A stretch of DNA of 64,000 bases from Desmophyllum pertusum (taxonomy: Eukaryota): the NCBI GenBank assembly GCA_029204205.1, contig MU825873.1:7136407-7200406 (forward strand), given 5' to 3'. A program made the translations under genes and the position numbers. Below are positions 10,551-22,808 of the stretch, piece after piece (within the stretch, counting starts at the first letter, position 1; each line of letters starts with the position of its first letter). The notes under the pieces are model-generated. The model made no database searches. It saw nothing but the letters and a program-made list of their open reading frames with translations, and was not told the origin of the DNA.

Positions 10551-12239
10551 ATTTTACAGTTATATTTGACAGCCGGTCCTGAGCAACTAGCAGCATTTAT
10601 AGCAATACACATTTAGTTTTTACTGGTTAATCAAGCGCAATGGTTAAGTTGATTTGATTAATCCACTTTCTACCATTTTGTTGTTTTTGTTTTGAAGGGA
10701 ATATTTAAGGTTCATTGTGCTTACATGTGAGATTGATCAAGTTTGACGCCAAAACCCACACAACTCTGAAGTGTCACGCCAACATAACACAGTGTCTCGA
10801 GCGATCCACAAATTTTTTCTCTCGTTTTTGTGCATCTGCACATAATTAAACACAATTTATGTACAATTTATGCACATTATTAGGCACAGGTTAATTTCAC
10901 GCACAATTAAATGATACAGTTTTGTGGGAGAAGGCTGCATGGGGTTGTAAGACTAGTTAGTGTTGTCCAGGACCCGAGTGCTGCCTGCCAATTGTGCAAG
11001 GCCAGTCAACTGGGCTAGGCTAGTGTCAGCGAGTGGCATATTAGACCGTGAGATGGGTGTCACAGAGCAGTGTACATACCTGTACCTATGCCAAGCTCCC
11101 AGAAGGTTGCAACAGCAAGGGGAAGTGGACGTCACCACTGTTTCTCACCCAAGCTAAGGGAACCCAGGCATCGCTTCAGTGTGGGACTGAAGGGTTTAAG
11201 CGCCAGCAACACTAAGTATCCCCCAAACCATTATTTATTAATACATCCAATAACAGGACAATCAAATGACTGACAACTACCTTATACAAATAATGTCAAT
11301 GTTGGAAGACTGGTAACACTTGAATGCAATCAAGAAAAAACGTGATGGGTGCAGGGAGGGGAAAATATGTTGTCGACTTTTCCGCGAGACTGAGCAGAAT
11401 GTGGAGATTTGCCGTGAGCGATGTACATGTACTTAATAGGCATTAACATGATAAACCTTCCACAAGCTGATTGGCGGGTAAATTGAGCTAAACATTACTC
11501 CAGTTTATGCTCAAGCAGAAACAGCCATTGTAGCCCGGGTTTATAGTCACGCAACTTGCCATATGCGGATTAAATTTCAAAGCTAAATTTGGATACTTTC
11601 AATGCATTGTTTACATTATGTTTAGTGAAATAACCTCAATATTTTTCAGTTTTATGTGTATCAATTAAGTTAACAAACCTCGGAAATATTGCTGTAAGCA
11701 CTACACTTGATCAAGATCGATTTTTTGATGAAATACCTCATGGAGAATGCTGATAATACCATTTCCGAGCCTCTGCATTCACTTCATACCCCTCCCCCAT
11801 CATGATGGTCAGGAAAAAATGGCTGGCTATGCCCCTGACAACTGTTTATTCACAAGTTTGGACTTCAGTTTGGCTTCTTTTTTGGTTAGGGGGAGGGGGA
11901 CACTGGGCTGCACTGGCAATTTAAGAGTAACAAATTAACAAAATATTTAATGGTTTGCTAACTTAAATTTATATATATTCCGGGAAAACATTCCACCACT
12001 TCAGAATAATACTTCCTTGACAAAATATTCTTAAATGAAAAGAATAATATATACATGTAAACCCAAGACCCACGCATTTCATATAAGCAGAAAGCAAACG
12101 CTTTAAATTCATTCATGATCACTTGAGAACCGTCTGTTTGAGATGTCGAACGTACTCAGGCTCTTAATTTGTGATTACTACTAGTTTAGTCATATAAACA
12201 CACATTCCATTATAACTTTCATATGAAACTTACCAAGAG

Positions 12240-12699
12240 TACCGTAAAAGCTCTATTTAGCCCCCCCTCTCTATTAAGCCCCCTTATCTAATAAGCCCCC
12301 CCTTTGGAAGTCAGATTTTGTAATAAGCCCCCCCTCTCTATTAAGCCCCCCCCCCCCCTCCTTCCATCAGGCTGATGTAAATGACTTTTCAGCAATATTT
12401 TCTGGCATTTCAGTCACTTTGTATTGAAACGTGGTCTTTAATTTCCAGAACTATTATTGAGTTAGGGTATAAATGACGTTTCATTTGCAAGACGGTCATA
12501 CATAACACATTTCTTGTTCTGTTTTAGTTAGTGGTGTAATAGTAAAGTTTGAAAAATTAACGTGAATTTTCTTGAAAATTTATGATTTGAAATAAGCCCC
12601 CCTCTCTATTAAGCCCCCCTCTCTAATAAGCCCCCCCCCCCCCCTTCTTGAGGCCTGAAATTAAATAAGCCCCCCGGGGGCTTAGAGCTTTTACGGTAT
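12240..12699. mobile_element. MITE with TIR TACCGTAAAAGCTCT and internal (AATAAGCCCCCCTCTCT)n subrepeats
   Basis: TACCGTAAAAGCTCTA is at 12240 and its reverse complement TAGAGCTTTTACGGTA is at 12684-12699. C-rich tandem motifs lie at both ends of the internal region. Confidence 0.7.
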
Positions 12700-13805
12700 T
12701 TCATCTGACATTTTCCTACCAAAGTGCCATACCCTTCCAAAATGTAAGCACGTTGCGAACATGACTGGTGGGGGTTGGTATCTTAAACAAATTCAGCAAT
12801 AAAAAAAATGTAAAACAATGAAATTTCCAAAAAACATTGCCTATAGTGTAGCACCGCAAATAGACTTTTCTCTCATAATCTCAAACCCTGATCTGCCACA
12901 CGAAAAGCGAAACATGAGAACACACGCAAACCTGCCACACGGAAACTCAATGTGCAAGAGAAAAGAAGGACTGCTTCCAGTTTATACTGCAGCAAAAAAT
13001 GTCTGGTAACTCAAACTCAGCTCGTAACTGTGTAAATAGCCAATACCCTTAAATCACACTAGTACTATGAGTTTATTAAGGTCTTGATGATGTTCAAAAT
13101 ATAGATTTTTTCACTCAACTTTGTAATATCTCAGTTCTAATATGTAGTTCGCTTGTACGATTTTATTCACTTGTTGTGAAGAATAACAAACTCACTTGCT
13201 TGCTGCACTTGCTTGTTTGTCTGTTATTCTTCAAATATCTTGAATAAAAATTGTATGCGCTCGCCAACAATGTGTAACTTATTTAGATCTTTTGATTTAG
13301 TTGATTAAACTTACATCTACTTGAATAGTAAACAACTCGTAGTAAAATGTGTCCAGTGCAAAACCTGGCTTATTCGGCAACATAACATTATGTGTGTCAG
13401 ACGTCCAAACACTATTAACAAGACCAAAGTTTCTTTGTTGAAAGGAGATTACTGTCCAGTAAGCATAATTATTTTCGCTGTTCTCTACTCCTTCAGAATC
13501 AATATTAGAGCTTGTGGCTTAATTCTCCATTCTTTCATTTTGACCTTCAACAGTAATCCATTGGTCATGACAATTAAGTGCGTGACTAATGTCATTGCTT
13601 AAATAGTTTATGTTTGAATACATATTAACCTTTCAGATCATCAAACATTTGGCATAGCCAGCCGCAATGTTAAATCATGTCAATCTTGAGGGTTAAATGC
13701 AGCTTACCAGTATTTCAATTAATTTTTAAATGAGAAAATGTGCAGATTCATATTAACAAGTACATTCATTTTGACAGTTATTTATTTTCAAATTTAGCGT
13801 GTACA

Positions 13806-13955
13806 ATGAGCAGCAGTCGTCGTTCTGCCCCTCATGATGAGGAGAGTATCTACCGTATTCCACCATATTATTACATTCATGTTTTGGACCAGAACACAAA
13901 TGTCACCAAGGTTGAAGTTGGCCCAAAAACCTTCATTCGACAGGACAATGAAAAG
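13806..13955 (+). CDS. MVP: major vault protein, coding exon 1 (start codon)
   Basis: ATG at 13806. Translation [50 protein letters not shown] matches the MVP N-terminus ([29 protein letters not shown]). GT donor at 13956. A pyrimidine-rich AG acceptor (ttattttcaaatttag) ends 8 nt upstream of the ATG, which implies an unseen upstream non-coding exon. Confidence 0.9.
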
Positions 13956-14281
13956 GTGATTATCAATGATTTATCCTCTTTGACTCTATATCATGTAATT
14001 GGTTAACACCCAAGGGAGGGAAATCAATTAGGAAAAAGAAGGGGGAGGGTGTATAAAATGGGGGGGAGGGGGGTGGAATAAATATTTTTTGGGGGTCATG
14101 TTACCGAGTCATAATAAGCTTTGGGTAAATTTGTTAAAGAGTCTCATGGTTCGGCGCATGTGCCGGCATATCAACTTTATCCGTCTAATAAAATCCCACT
14201 CGATACTACGGTAATCACATATTATAAGTAGTCCACGATGCAAAACAACGAATGACCATTTTCACAAAATAATTTAACGGA

Positions 14282-14400
14282 TTACACCGAGAATGTCAAC
14301 ATCGAATACCAGAATAAATTACCAGAATAAATCCTTCGGGCCAACACTTTATTCTGGTAATTTATTCTTGTATTCAATGTCGACATTCTCGGTGTAATCC
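14282..14400. repeat. near-perfect 119-bp palindrome (hairpin/foldback) in MVP intron 1
   Basis: ggattacaccgagaatgtcaacatcgaataccagaataaattaccagaataaa..tccttcgggccaac..tttattctggtaatttattcttgtattcaatgtcgacattctcggtgtaatcc. Confidence 0.75.
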
Positions 14401-16676
14401 ATTGAATTTTTTTGTGGATTTTGGCCATTCGACGTTTTGCTTGGACTAATATTATTGCTGCCCGCACAGGGCAGCCTCCTAATTCTGTCCTGAGACTCGA
14501 TTTCAGGATTTCTGTCTGCCGTATGCCAGTAAGATGTTTGTTAGCAGTATCCAGTCCTCTCCGCGTGAAAAGTCTGATTGGTGACGACCATTGCACGCTC
14601 AAATCTGCACGAGAAGAGACGATTGTTGTTTTCGGGATTTTTTGGGCACGCTCGAGGAGACGCTGTTTTGAGACGCTCTGATGCTTGATTATAGCCGATT
14701 TCGGCTGTTTTGAAACGCTGTTGCACACACTCTTGCACAAAAGGATCTTGTGTGACATTGTTGTATTACCAAGTCGCCTTGTTTCTAGCGAACATATGAA
14801 CTGATCTTTGTGTGAGATCCGATCCGAGTCGCGTGCTCCTTTTTTCTACGATTTTACGCACGCACGTTGCATTGGTTTACTTGAATCACATAGACAATTA
14901 AATATTTGGACACGTTGCATTGTGTTCACAATTGGTTTACATGTACTTGAATTGCCTCGAAAATTAAATATTTGGAAAGCAAAGACGAATCTGGCTGTGA
15001 CATTGTAACAAATGTGTCTGTCACTACCAGGTGTTGGCTTTGAGCTTTGTTATTATAAGATTATTTTGAGACGCAATTGCACGAAAGGATCTTGCGTGAC
15101 ATTGTCTTATTATAAAACCAACGATGATAATGAAATTACAAATGTGGCAGCACTTCACTTCCAATATGGTACCCCTAGTTATAATAGTATGTGATTACTG
15201 AAGTATCGAGAAGTACATTTGAGTACATGGATTAGATAAAGTTGATAAGTTTGAACATGCGCTGAACCGTAAAACACTCCCTTTAAGTAATCCATCCAAA
15301 AAAATCAGAATCAAGTTGAAGCCTTCTAAACAACTAAGGTGATGGAAGCTGGCATGGACTTGAATAAATGAGTCCATAGTCTAATGGGGTCTCTTAATTA
15401 TATTACTGATGATCCACAAAAACCACAAATTTTGAATCTTAATGAAATACTGAATATATACTAGCTCTTACTTCTTAATTACTATGCATTAAACATTATT
15501 AATAATATACTACCAGTATATAGTGTACAAGCAATTAGAAACTACAGTTGAGTCCCAATAACTTGAACCTTCAAAGGAAATCACATTTACTTCAAGTTAG
15601 CGGGTGGTTTGAGTTATCGAGGGTTCAAGTTAATCGAGGCTCTCTCCTCCGCAGAGGTTCTATGGGGTGTTTGTTATGGAAATCCACTGGGCAAGGTAAG
15701 TGCAGGCGCAAAAGACGAGAGATCCATCGGGCGGCGAACCTCTGCCAGAAGCTTGTCATTTATCCTTATCGTTTTCTGGTACATTGGACGATTTCTCAGC
15801 CCTCGCTGAATTTGACAGCTTGAAACTTGGCGAATATCAGCGCTAGGTGTGTTGCTACAGTTAGCGATCGTTATTTTCAAGACAAGGTTTCATATTTACC
15901 AAAAAAGCAAAACTGTTGGTCTCCGGAACCCCCCTGAAACCCGTGGGGGTGGTCTTGCAAGTGTCAAAACAATGGCGGAAGAGCTTGACTTTTTGCTCCA
16001 AGAGATGTCTCTTGATGGTAAATATTCTTCTTGTATTTCGTGATTTTGGTCCTAAATTCCTACTGGTTGCATTTCGTTTAATTTTAGCGTTTAGTTCGCA
16101 TTGCAAAGAAACTTCGCACTTGACAAATCAATCTGAGGTTTTATAACACGGAGAGATTTAATAAACACATTTCAAAGAAAACTAAGCTTACTTGTTCTCT
16201 TCTCTTTGGGACAGAATTAATTGGCTGTTGAGAGTTTCATCTGCCAGAAGTTTCCTTTGCTTCCTGAATTTGTTGATCGCCACATGGCAGGTCTCGAGAA
16301 TGTTGAATTCTGTAGTTCAACCCATCAGAACACTACAAAACATTTTTTTTTGCGGGCAACTGAACAAACTTTTCCAGATTTCCACGCATCTAAATGCATT
16401 TTAGTTAACTCTACTAAGTCTTGTACATCGCGTAACAGATTCTGATGTAGCCACCATTTTACTGACATACGGCAGTAATACATACACCACCATACCCCCG
16501 GTGAGGAACACTGATAAAAAATTGCCTCACCTGGATGGCGGCCATATTGGGTGTGGTATCTGGCAGAGGCTTCTGCCATCACTCTCTCCATTTTCTTGCG
16601 CCTGCACTCATTTCGCTCAGCGGATTCTCCTCACACCGAAACCCCCTCTGTGGAGGAGAGAGTTATCGAGGGTAAA

Positions 16677-17225
16677 CACGGTGGGCATGTAAGACACAAA
16701 AAATGCCAGCCCCTTATAACATTTTTGGTTTTTAATCGAATTACTGTAGCTTTAAATTTGACAACACGAGAGACCTTGTCATCACAATAAATCCTTTTTT
16801 ATTTTATTGACCAATTTGGTGGGAAAATGACGTCACCCAGTTGGTGCCAAAATTTATTTTTAGTATTAACTGATGGCAGTGTTGGAAAGAACAAGCCACA
16901 ACAAATTTATTTTTAGTAACAAAATGGCAGAAAACTCAAAATTTTGTTACTTGTAACAAATTTTGTTACTTTTGAACACATTGAGATATTTCATTTCCGT
17001 GGCTTGGTCTTGCCAAAACTGCCATCAGATATCCCATAATGCTAAAAATTAATTTTGGCGCCAACTTTGTGATGTCATTTTACCGTCAAATTTGCCCAAA
17101 AAAATAAAAATCATAGGATTTGTTGTAATAACAAGGTCTCTCGCATCAAATGTGAAGCTAATTCGATTAAAAACCAAAATGTTATAAGGGGGCTGGCATT
17201 TCTCATGTCTTACATGCCCACCGTG
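16677..17225. mobile_element. foldback element, CACGGTGGGCA-terminus family, copy 1 (MVP intron 1)
   Basis: Arms of about 125 bp lie at 16677-16800 and 17100-17225. Between them is a palindromic core containing GGGAAAATGACGTCACCCAGTTGGTGCCAAAA. AAA flanks both sides, a candidate 3-bp TSD. Confidence 0.65.
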
Positions 17226-17408
17226 AAATTACTAACAGTAAATGTACAAAGCAAATCCAGGGGAAATTGTTTTGGTTCAAGTTAGCGCGAGCTTCGAGTT
17301 AACGAGGGCACAAGAACTTTATCGGGAGTCAACTGTATGATATAAGGTCCATGTAAACACATGCTGTGTAGTGAGTGTATTTCTATGTTTTATTATTTAA
17401 TTTGTGCA

Positions 17409-17546
17409 GGTTATTCTTGGTCCAGAGAAAATGATTACTATTCCTCCTCGGCATTACTGTATTGTTGAAAATCCAGTACTGAGGGATAAAGATGGACGTG
17501 TAGTAATTGATGCTAATGGACAGATCAAACTGGGCCATGCTGATCA
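17409..17546 (+). CDS. MVP: major vault protein, coding exon 2
   Basis: Acceptor ttgtgcag|GTT. Phase-0 translation VILGPEKMITIPPRHYCIVENPVLRDKDGRVVIDANGQIKLGHADQ aligns with MVP (VTVPPRHYCTVANPV...RLRHAD). GT donor at 17547. Confidence 0.85.
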
Positions 17547-18493
17547 GGTTCTCTATATTTAATAATACAGTCATGTTAGTATAGCCTGTGACCACTATTT
17601 AGAACTCAACCAAAATTGGTGCACCTCCTGTAACTCAGTCTCCTTTGCAGCCATTATTGGTCATCATGTAACGTTTCTCCCCACTGATGGCTGCTTAAAT
17701 CTGAACCACATTCGATCTTTTCCACAGTTGAGCCAAATTAATCACAGCTTTGCTTGTTACGCTAAAATTTGCCGACTACACCTATCAAAGGTCGTGTCTT
17801 ATCGTGACTGTAGCATTGGAAGCATCAAAGTTGCGGAGCCCAGTTAAAATGAAAGGAAAGGAATGTGGTTTGGATTTAAGCAGCTGTTAGTTACCTATTC
17901 ATGACAAGGTTTCCCATCATTTAATATATTCACTTTGATGACCCATCTTTGTCTATTATTTAAGGCCCACGCAAAGAGAAATGACCCATTTCTCGCTTGT
18001 CTGGCGCTAAGGAGCGCACAATTACTTTCTATTCAGGAGCAGGAGGGTGTGGAAAACAAAATAAGCACTGATTATCTCCATAGGTTGCTCCTTATAAATG
18101 TACTCAAAATGACCACAACATAGTAAGGTAAAAAAACATGCCTAGTTTCTTTTACAGCTGAGCAAGTGCTTCCGCAACTGAACTTGCAAACATAAACTGC
18201 AAATTTTGAAAACTGGGGAATATCACTTGGGGAATATCATCGGATATTCCCCAGTTTTGGCTGCGTCACATGACTTGTTTAGACCAATTGCGTATGAGAA
18301 AAATATTGATGGATTATAACCATTTGACATTGTGACCTTTAGTGTTGTTTGTAGAATCCTTACATTTTATCTGCTGGATCCGATGTAACACAAATTAAAT
18401 TTAATAAATATTAAATATATTCATTATCTTGTGTTACAAAAATCATTAACTAAAGCTAATCCCAGTTAATTTATATTTTATTTTGTGTTGTAG

Positions 18494-18674
18494 GATATTC
18501 GTCTTGCACAAGACCCATTTCCTTTATATCCTGGTGAAGTTTTAAAACAAGGGGTTTCAGGCCTGAGGGTGGTTATGGCTAACTCTGCAATTCGACTTCG
18601 TGCTATGCTGGACTTTGAGTCGGAATCTGGAGAGAAGAGGGTAGCTGGTGATGAGTGGCTGTTTGAAGGACCAG
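18494..18674 (+). CDS. MVP: major vault protein, coding exon 3
   Basis: Acceptor gtgttgtag|GAT. Translation [61 protein letters not shown], close to human [17 protein letters not shown]...[14 protein letters not shown]. Ends in phase 1 with donor gtacag. Confidence 0.9.
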
Positions 18675-19076
18675 GTACAGCTCATCTTATTTGCAATAAC
18701 AACTTTTCCTATTTTGTTATTGTTGAGAAAATACCCAGTACCTACAAGCAAACCACCAGTTGTGAGAGAGGGTTTCTGACTTTTAATTTGATCAAAAAAA
18801 AGTTTCAGAGTTTGAAGGAGATGCTCAACCTAGTTCCCAGGGTCTTCTCGTTTTTTCAAGATGACGGCTGACAGAGAGAAGACCCTGGCAAAGGCTGGGT
18901 CATGTGACTTAAAATCAACCAATGGCAAGCCTTTCTCCATTTTGAATAAATTAAAATATCCAATATATTTGGAGATCTGGTGTTTGCCAGGGTCTTCTCT
19001 TGCTGCCATCATATTGGTGCTGTAAAACGTGTTACATGTATTCCCCCATGATTCTGAGCTGTGTTGTTTTGTACAG

Positions 19077-19180
19077 GTACTTTTATACCAAAAAAAGAGG
19101 TTGAAGTGGTAGAAACAATCCTTGCTACTATTATCCAACCAAACCAAGCCATTAGACTGACAGCAAGAAAAGAAACTAAA
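19077..19180 (+). CDS. MVP: major vault protein, coding exon 4
   Basis: Acceptor ttttgtacag|GT. Translation (G)[34 protein letters not shown], against human [33 protein letters not shown]. Donor gtaaga. Confidence 0.88.
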
Positions 19181-20957
19181 GTAAGAGCATAAAATCATAT
19201 ATAACATGTGTGCAATTATTTAATTAAGGATCAATTTACAGATCTGGTGAAAAGTAAATTGACAGTCTCATCTTGTTTCTTGAATCTGCGTGTAACACCA
19301 GAAAGTACGCTATACCTGCATAATTGTTCTTCCTGTTTCGACGGCTTGCTGCGTTAATATTATTGAAATAATGTTTTCAGCTTCAAAAGATTGTAGTAGA
19401 GAAATTAGGTACATATAATAGAGTTAAGTATAGATCTGTTGTAATGTAGTTTACTAGGTACAGCTATCAGTGAAAACCTCAAGAAAGTAATTGCGCCAGT
19501 CACGCTCAAGTCTGTAGTTTGCATGATTCATAGCCAGCTTAAATTAACACAGCGAGGATTTCCCTGTAAGTCAGACCTCGTGTTTCCTGCTGTCGGGTAC
19601 AATTCATGTTTCCTTTCCAAATATTAATTTTTTTACTAAATGCAATACACATATAAACTTCAGGAAATATTTTAGTTCATACAACCTACAGAACTGCCTG
19701 AAAGTATTGACCCATTGAGATTCGGTAATACCTCGTCCTTGTCAAAGGGTTCTGTTGTGAATTCACCACAGTGGGAGGAAAACCTCAACCTCGTCCTGAA
19801 TGAATGTGACCGAATGCTGCGGTAAAGAAACCGTGGTAAGTCGCAGTAACAGGTGACAAGAATAAACAATACTGTGAAATACAAAAGTTGAACGAGACTT
19901 ACCAAAAGTTGAAGTTCGACTGGAATTCCACCTTGTCACCAAACACAGAGGGATTACCCTCTGTGGGTGACAAGGTGGAATTGTCAGACATAGGGCTCTT
20001 TGAATGGCAGATATCGAGCGTTGTTAATCTGACTTCCAGTCCTTAATCACATATGCGTTCGCTCATTCACATTGAAGCTCGGAGATAAATTTTGCGACAG
20101 AGTACAATCCCGTTCTTAAATCCTGTTTAGAATCCTGTGAAGTCAATAATTTGATGTTGGGAAACATCTGGTCTGTCGCATGTATATTTATTCACTTCAG
20201 AGATTACTTGGCTTATCTAGCCGTGTGACACTGAGTGAGCAAAATTTTGATATATTTAATTTCCACACTTTGTATTCATTGAGAAGCTAACCACTTCTTT
20301 TAAAAATTATATATTTGCTGATACTTTTTTATGCAGAGAATCACACGAACTGCTGACAAGCCTTCTCAAAAGCTTTCAATCACAGCGACGACCTTTATCA
20401 CGCCGATGTGTGATAATTTCAAAATCATTTTTCTATTGAACTTAAAAGCAAAAGCAATAATACATGTAGCCTATTCCAACTCTACTGCAGCTTACCGTTT
20501 ACCGCAGTCATTACCGAGGTGAGACTGCGGCGTTGGTTTGCAGTTTGGCCAAGACAAAACTGCTGCAAATCGATAGTTTCAGGCGGTACTATAGTGAAAT
20601 GACCTTTGTAGTGAACAGACTTTGTCGCAAATATCAAAAGCCTCAAATAAAGCTGGCATTAGCTCTACAGGTTTTTAAATGATAGGGTACAAAATTCATA
20701 TAGAATGAACTGAATTCAAGGTTGGGCAGCACATTCCCACCCAAAATTCTGAGGGATTCCCCATTGCTTGTGTTTGTTTTTTGAATAATGTAAAATACAG
20801 AGATGCCGAGAACTCTGTTGAAACCAGAGAAGGGGGAGGGGGTAACTCCGATATAAAAGTGGGGGTGATTGTCGTACCTTCTAGGGGTGAAATTTTGTGG
20901 TTTGGTACCTCTTAGGGTGTTAAAATCTTGGTACCTTTTAGATGCCGAATGTATGTC

Positions 20958-22808
20958 CACAGGCAGCCCAGGCTCTGTATGCGAATATATATTAAATATT
21001 CAATGTTGATGTTCATGGCGGCGATTTGAATATTTATAGCAAATGTATGAGAAACTCACGAAATACATTCTAAATGCTATCTTTTCGAAGGAAACTAACT
21101 AAAACTGACTTACATTGTGCAAGTGTTTTGTTATTTTGATGTTTGGGTGTTCCTGGTGCCAGTTTAAAGCCATTTAGACGAGTTTTGCTTTTTCAGTTGA
21201 CCGTCCATTATGAATAATTTAAAGGCCGGCGACAATTATGTGAGAACGGATCCAATGGTCCGCACTCGAAGCTCAATAAATTCCACAAAAATGCTCCAGT
21301 CTCCTCAAAATTACCTTCATTACAGACGTCCATGCTCTTAGCTTCTGTTCGCTACCCCCAGGGTTCCAAGGTTGACTTTAATTGCTCGAGAAACGCTCGT
21401 GTTCGAGCTGTTGTCTTTAATATTTTCTTTCGCGTTGTGCGTGTCCCCGACATCTGAGACACCTCAATTAAAATTCAGCGTCATCGTGACCAAATTTACC
21501 TCGACCGTGGAGAGGCATGGTGCAATTGTTTACTTGCAAAAAAAGACACCATGGGATGGTCCCTTCGGTCGTTTTTTTTTTACTTTAGAATCTCGCGACT
21601 CTCTAGTTTCATTTTTTTTTTCGGTGTCAGAACTATCTTCAGTTGAACAATTTAAAGGCAGCGTTCAAATACACAGTGAAACTTCAAAAATTCCTCGTTG
21701 CGGTTCACATTCTCCGAAAAACCCAGAGTTTGGTCTGGATGTTTCACGTCAGTTGTTTTGCATAAAACTGCACGTGCGGAGCTATTAAATGGCGTGCTTT
21801 TTTTATGCCATTTGAAATCGACCGATTAAAGCGTCGTCTATGTTTATAGCGGTTATTAATTTACAACTTACGTTGTAAAAACGTGTTGAAAGAGATTTTA
21901 TGTAGGGTTTATAATCACGAGCATAAACCCGCTTACTCCAAAACAAGCTGAAATCAGTCTTGAGTTTTGCTAAGTGGGCACAATCTAACCGCAACGAGGA
22001 ATTTTTGAAGTTTCACTTTGTATTTAAACGCTGCCTTTAAATTGTTCAACTGAGGCAGGAGCTCCTGACTGAGGATAGTTCTGACACCAAAAAAAACCCT
22101 GAATGAAACTAGAGAGTCAGCGCGAGATTCTAAAGTAAAAAAAAAAGAATTTTTAATCGACGTTGTATCCGATTGTTTTCGTTCCGTTTCCGGTCAAATC
22201 GACCGAAGGGACCATCCCATGGTGTCTTTTTTTGCAAGTAAACAATTGCACCATGCCTCTCCACGGTCGAGGTAAATTTGGTCACGATGACGCTGAATTT
22301 TAATTGAGGTGTCTCAGATGTCGGGGACACGCACAACGCGAAAGAAAATATTAAAGACAACAGCTCGAACACGAGCGTTTCTCGAGCAATTAAAGTCAAC
22401 CTTGGAACCCTGGGGGTAGCGAACAGAAGCTAAGAGCATGGACGTCTGCAATGAAGGTAATTTTGAGGAGACTGGAGCATTTTGTGGAATTTATTGAGCT
22501 TCGAGTGCGGACCATTGGATCCGTTCTCACATAATTGTCGCCGGCCTTTAAATTATTCATAATGGACGGTCAACTGAAAAAGCAAAACTCGTCTAAATGG
22601 CTTTAAACTGGCACCAGGAACACCCAAACATCAAAATAACAAAACACTTGCACAATGTAAGTCAGTTTTAGTTAGTTTCCTTCGAAAAGATAGCATTTAG
22701 AATGTATTTCGTGAGTTTCTCATACATTTGCTATAAATATTCAAATCGCCGCCATGAACATCAACATTGAATATTTAATATTCGCATACAGAGCCTGGGC
22801 TGCCTGTG
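20958..22808. mobile_element. 1.85-kb foldback/palindromic element with 7-bp TSD (GTATGTC) in MVP intron 4
   Basis: The arms are about 750-850 bp of near-identical inverted sequence (20958-21700 and 21960-22808). The termini are CACAGGCAGCCC...GGGCTGCCTGTG. GTATGTC lies directly on both flanks (20951-20957 and 22809-22815). The identical N-termini of track ORFs 21372..21788(+) and 22130..22399(-) are a by-product of the arms. Confidence 0.8.

Noticed and set aside
10940-11280. GC-richer block with overlapping ORFs on both strands, considered as a CpG island or the missing 5' exon of MVP
   Set aside because: CpG dinucleotides are not enriched. There is no donor site positioned to splice to 13798. 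The overlapping two-strand ORFs are typical of a compositionally biased repeat. It is left unassigned.
14282-14758. 158-aa minus-strand ORF and overlapping 89-aa plus-strand ORF in MVP intron 1
   Set aside because: They have no recognisable domain. They overlap each other on opposite strands. They sit in a region of local tandem and inverted repeats (14640-15130). They are alternative-start ORFs from a prokaryote-style caller.
21372-22399. Two ORFs (138 aa on the plus strand, 89 aa on the minus strand) with identical 66-aa N-termini (MTLIARETLVFELLSLIFSFALCVSPTSETPQLKF...)
   Set aside because: They lie in the two arms of the 1.85-kb foldback element. The identity arises because the arms are reverse complements. 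They resemble no known protein and have no splice or promoter context.
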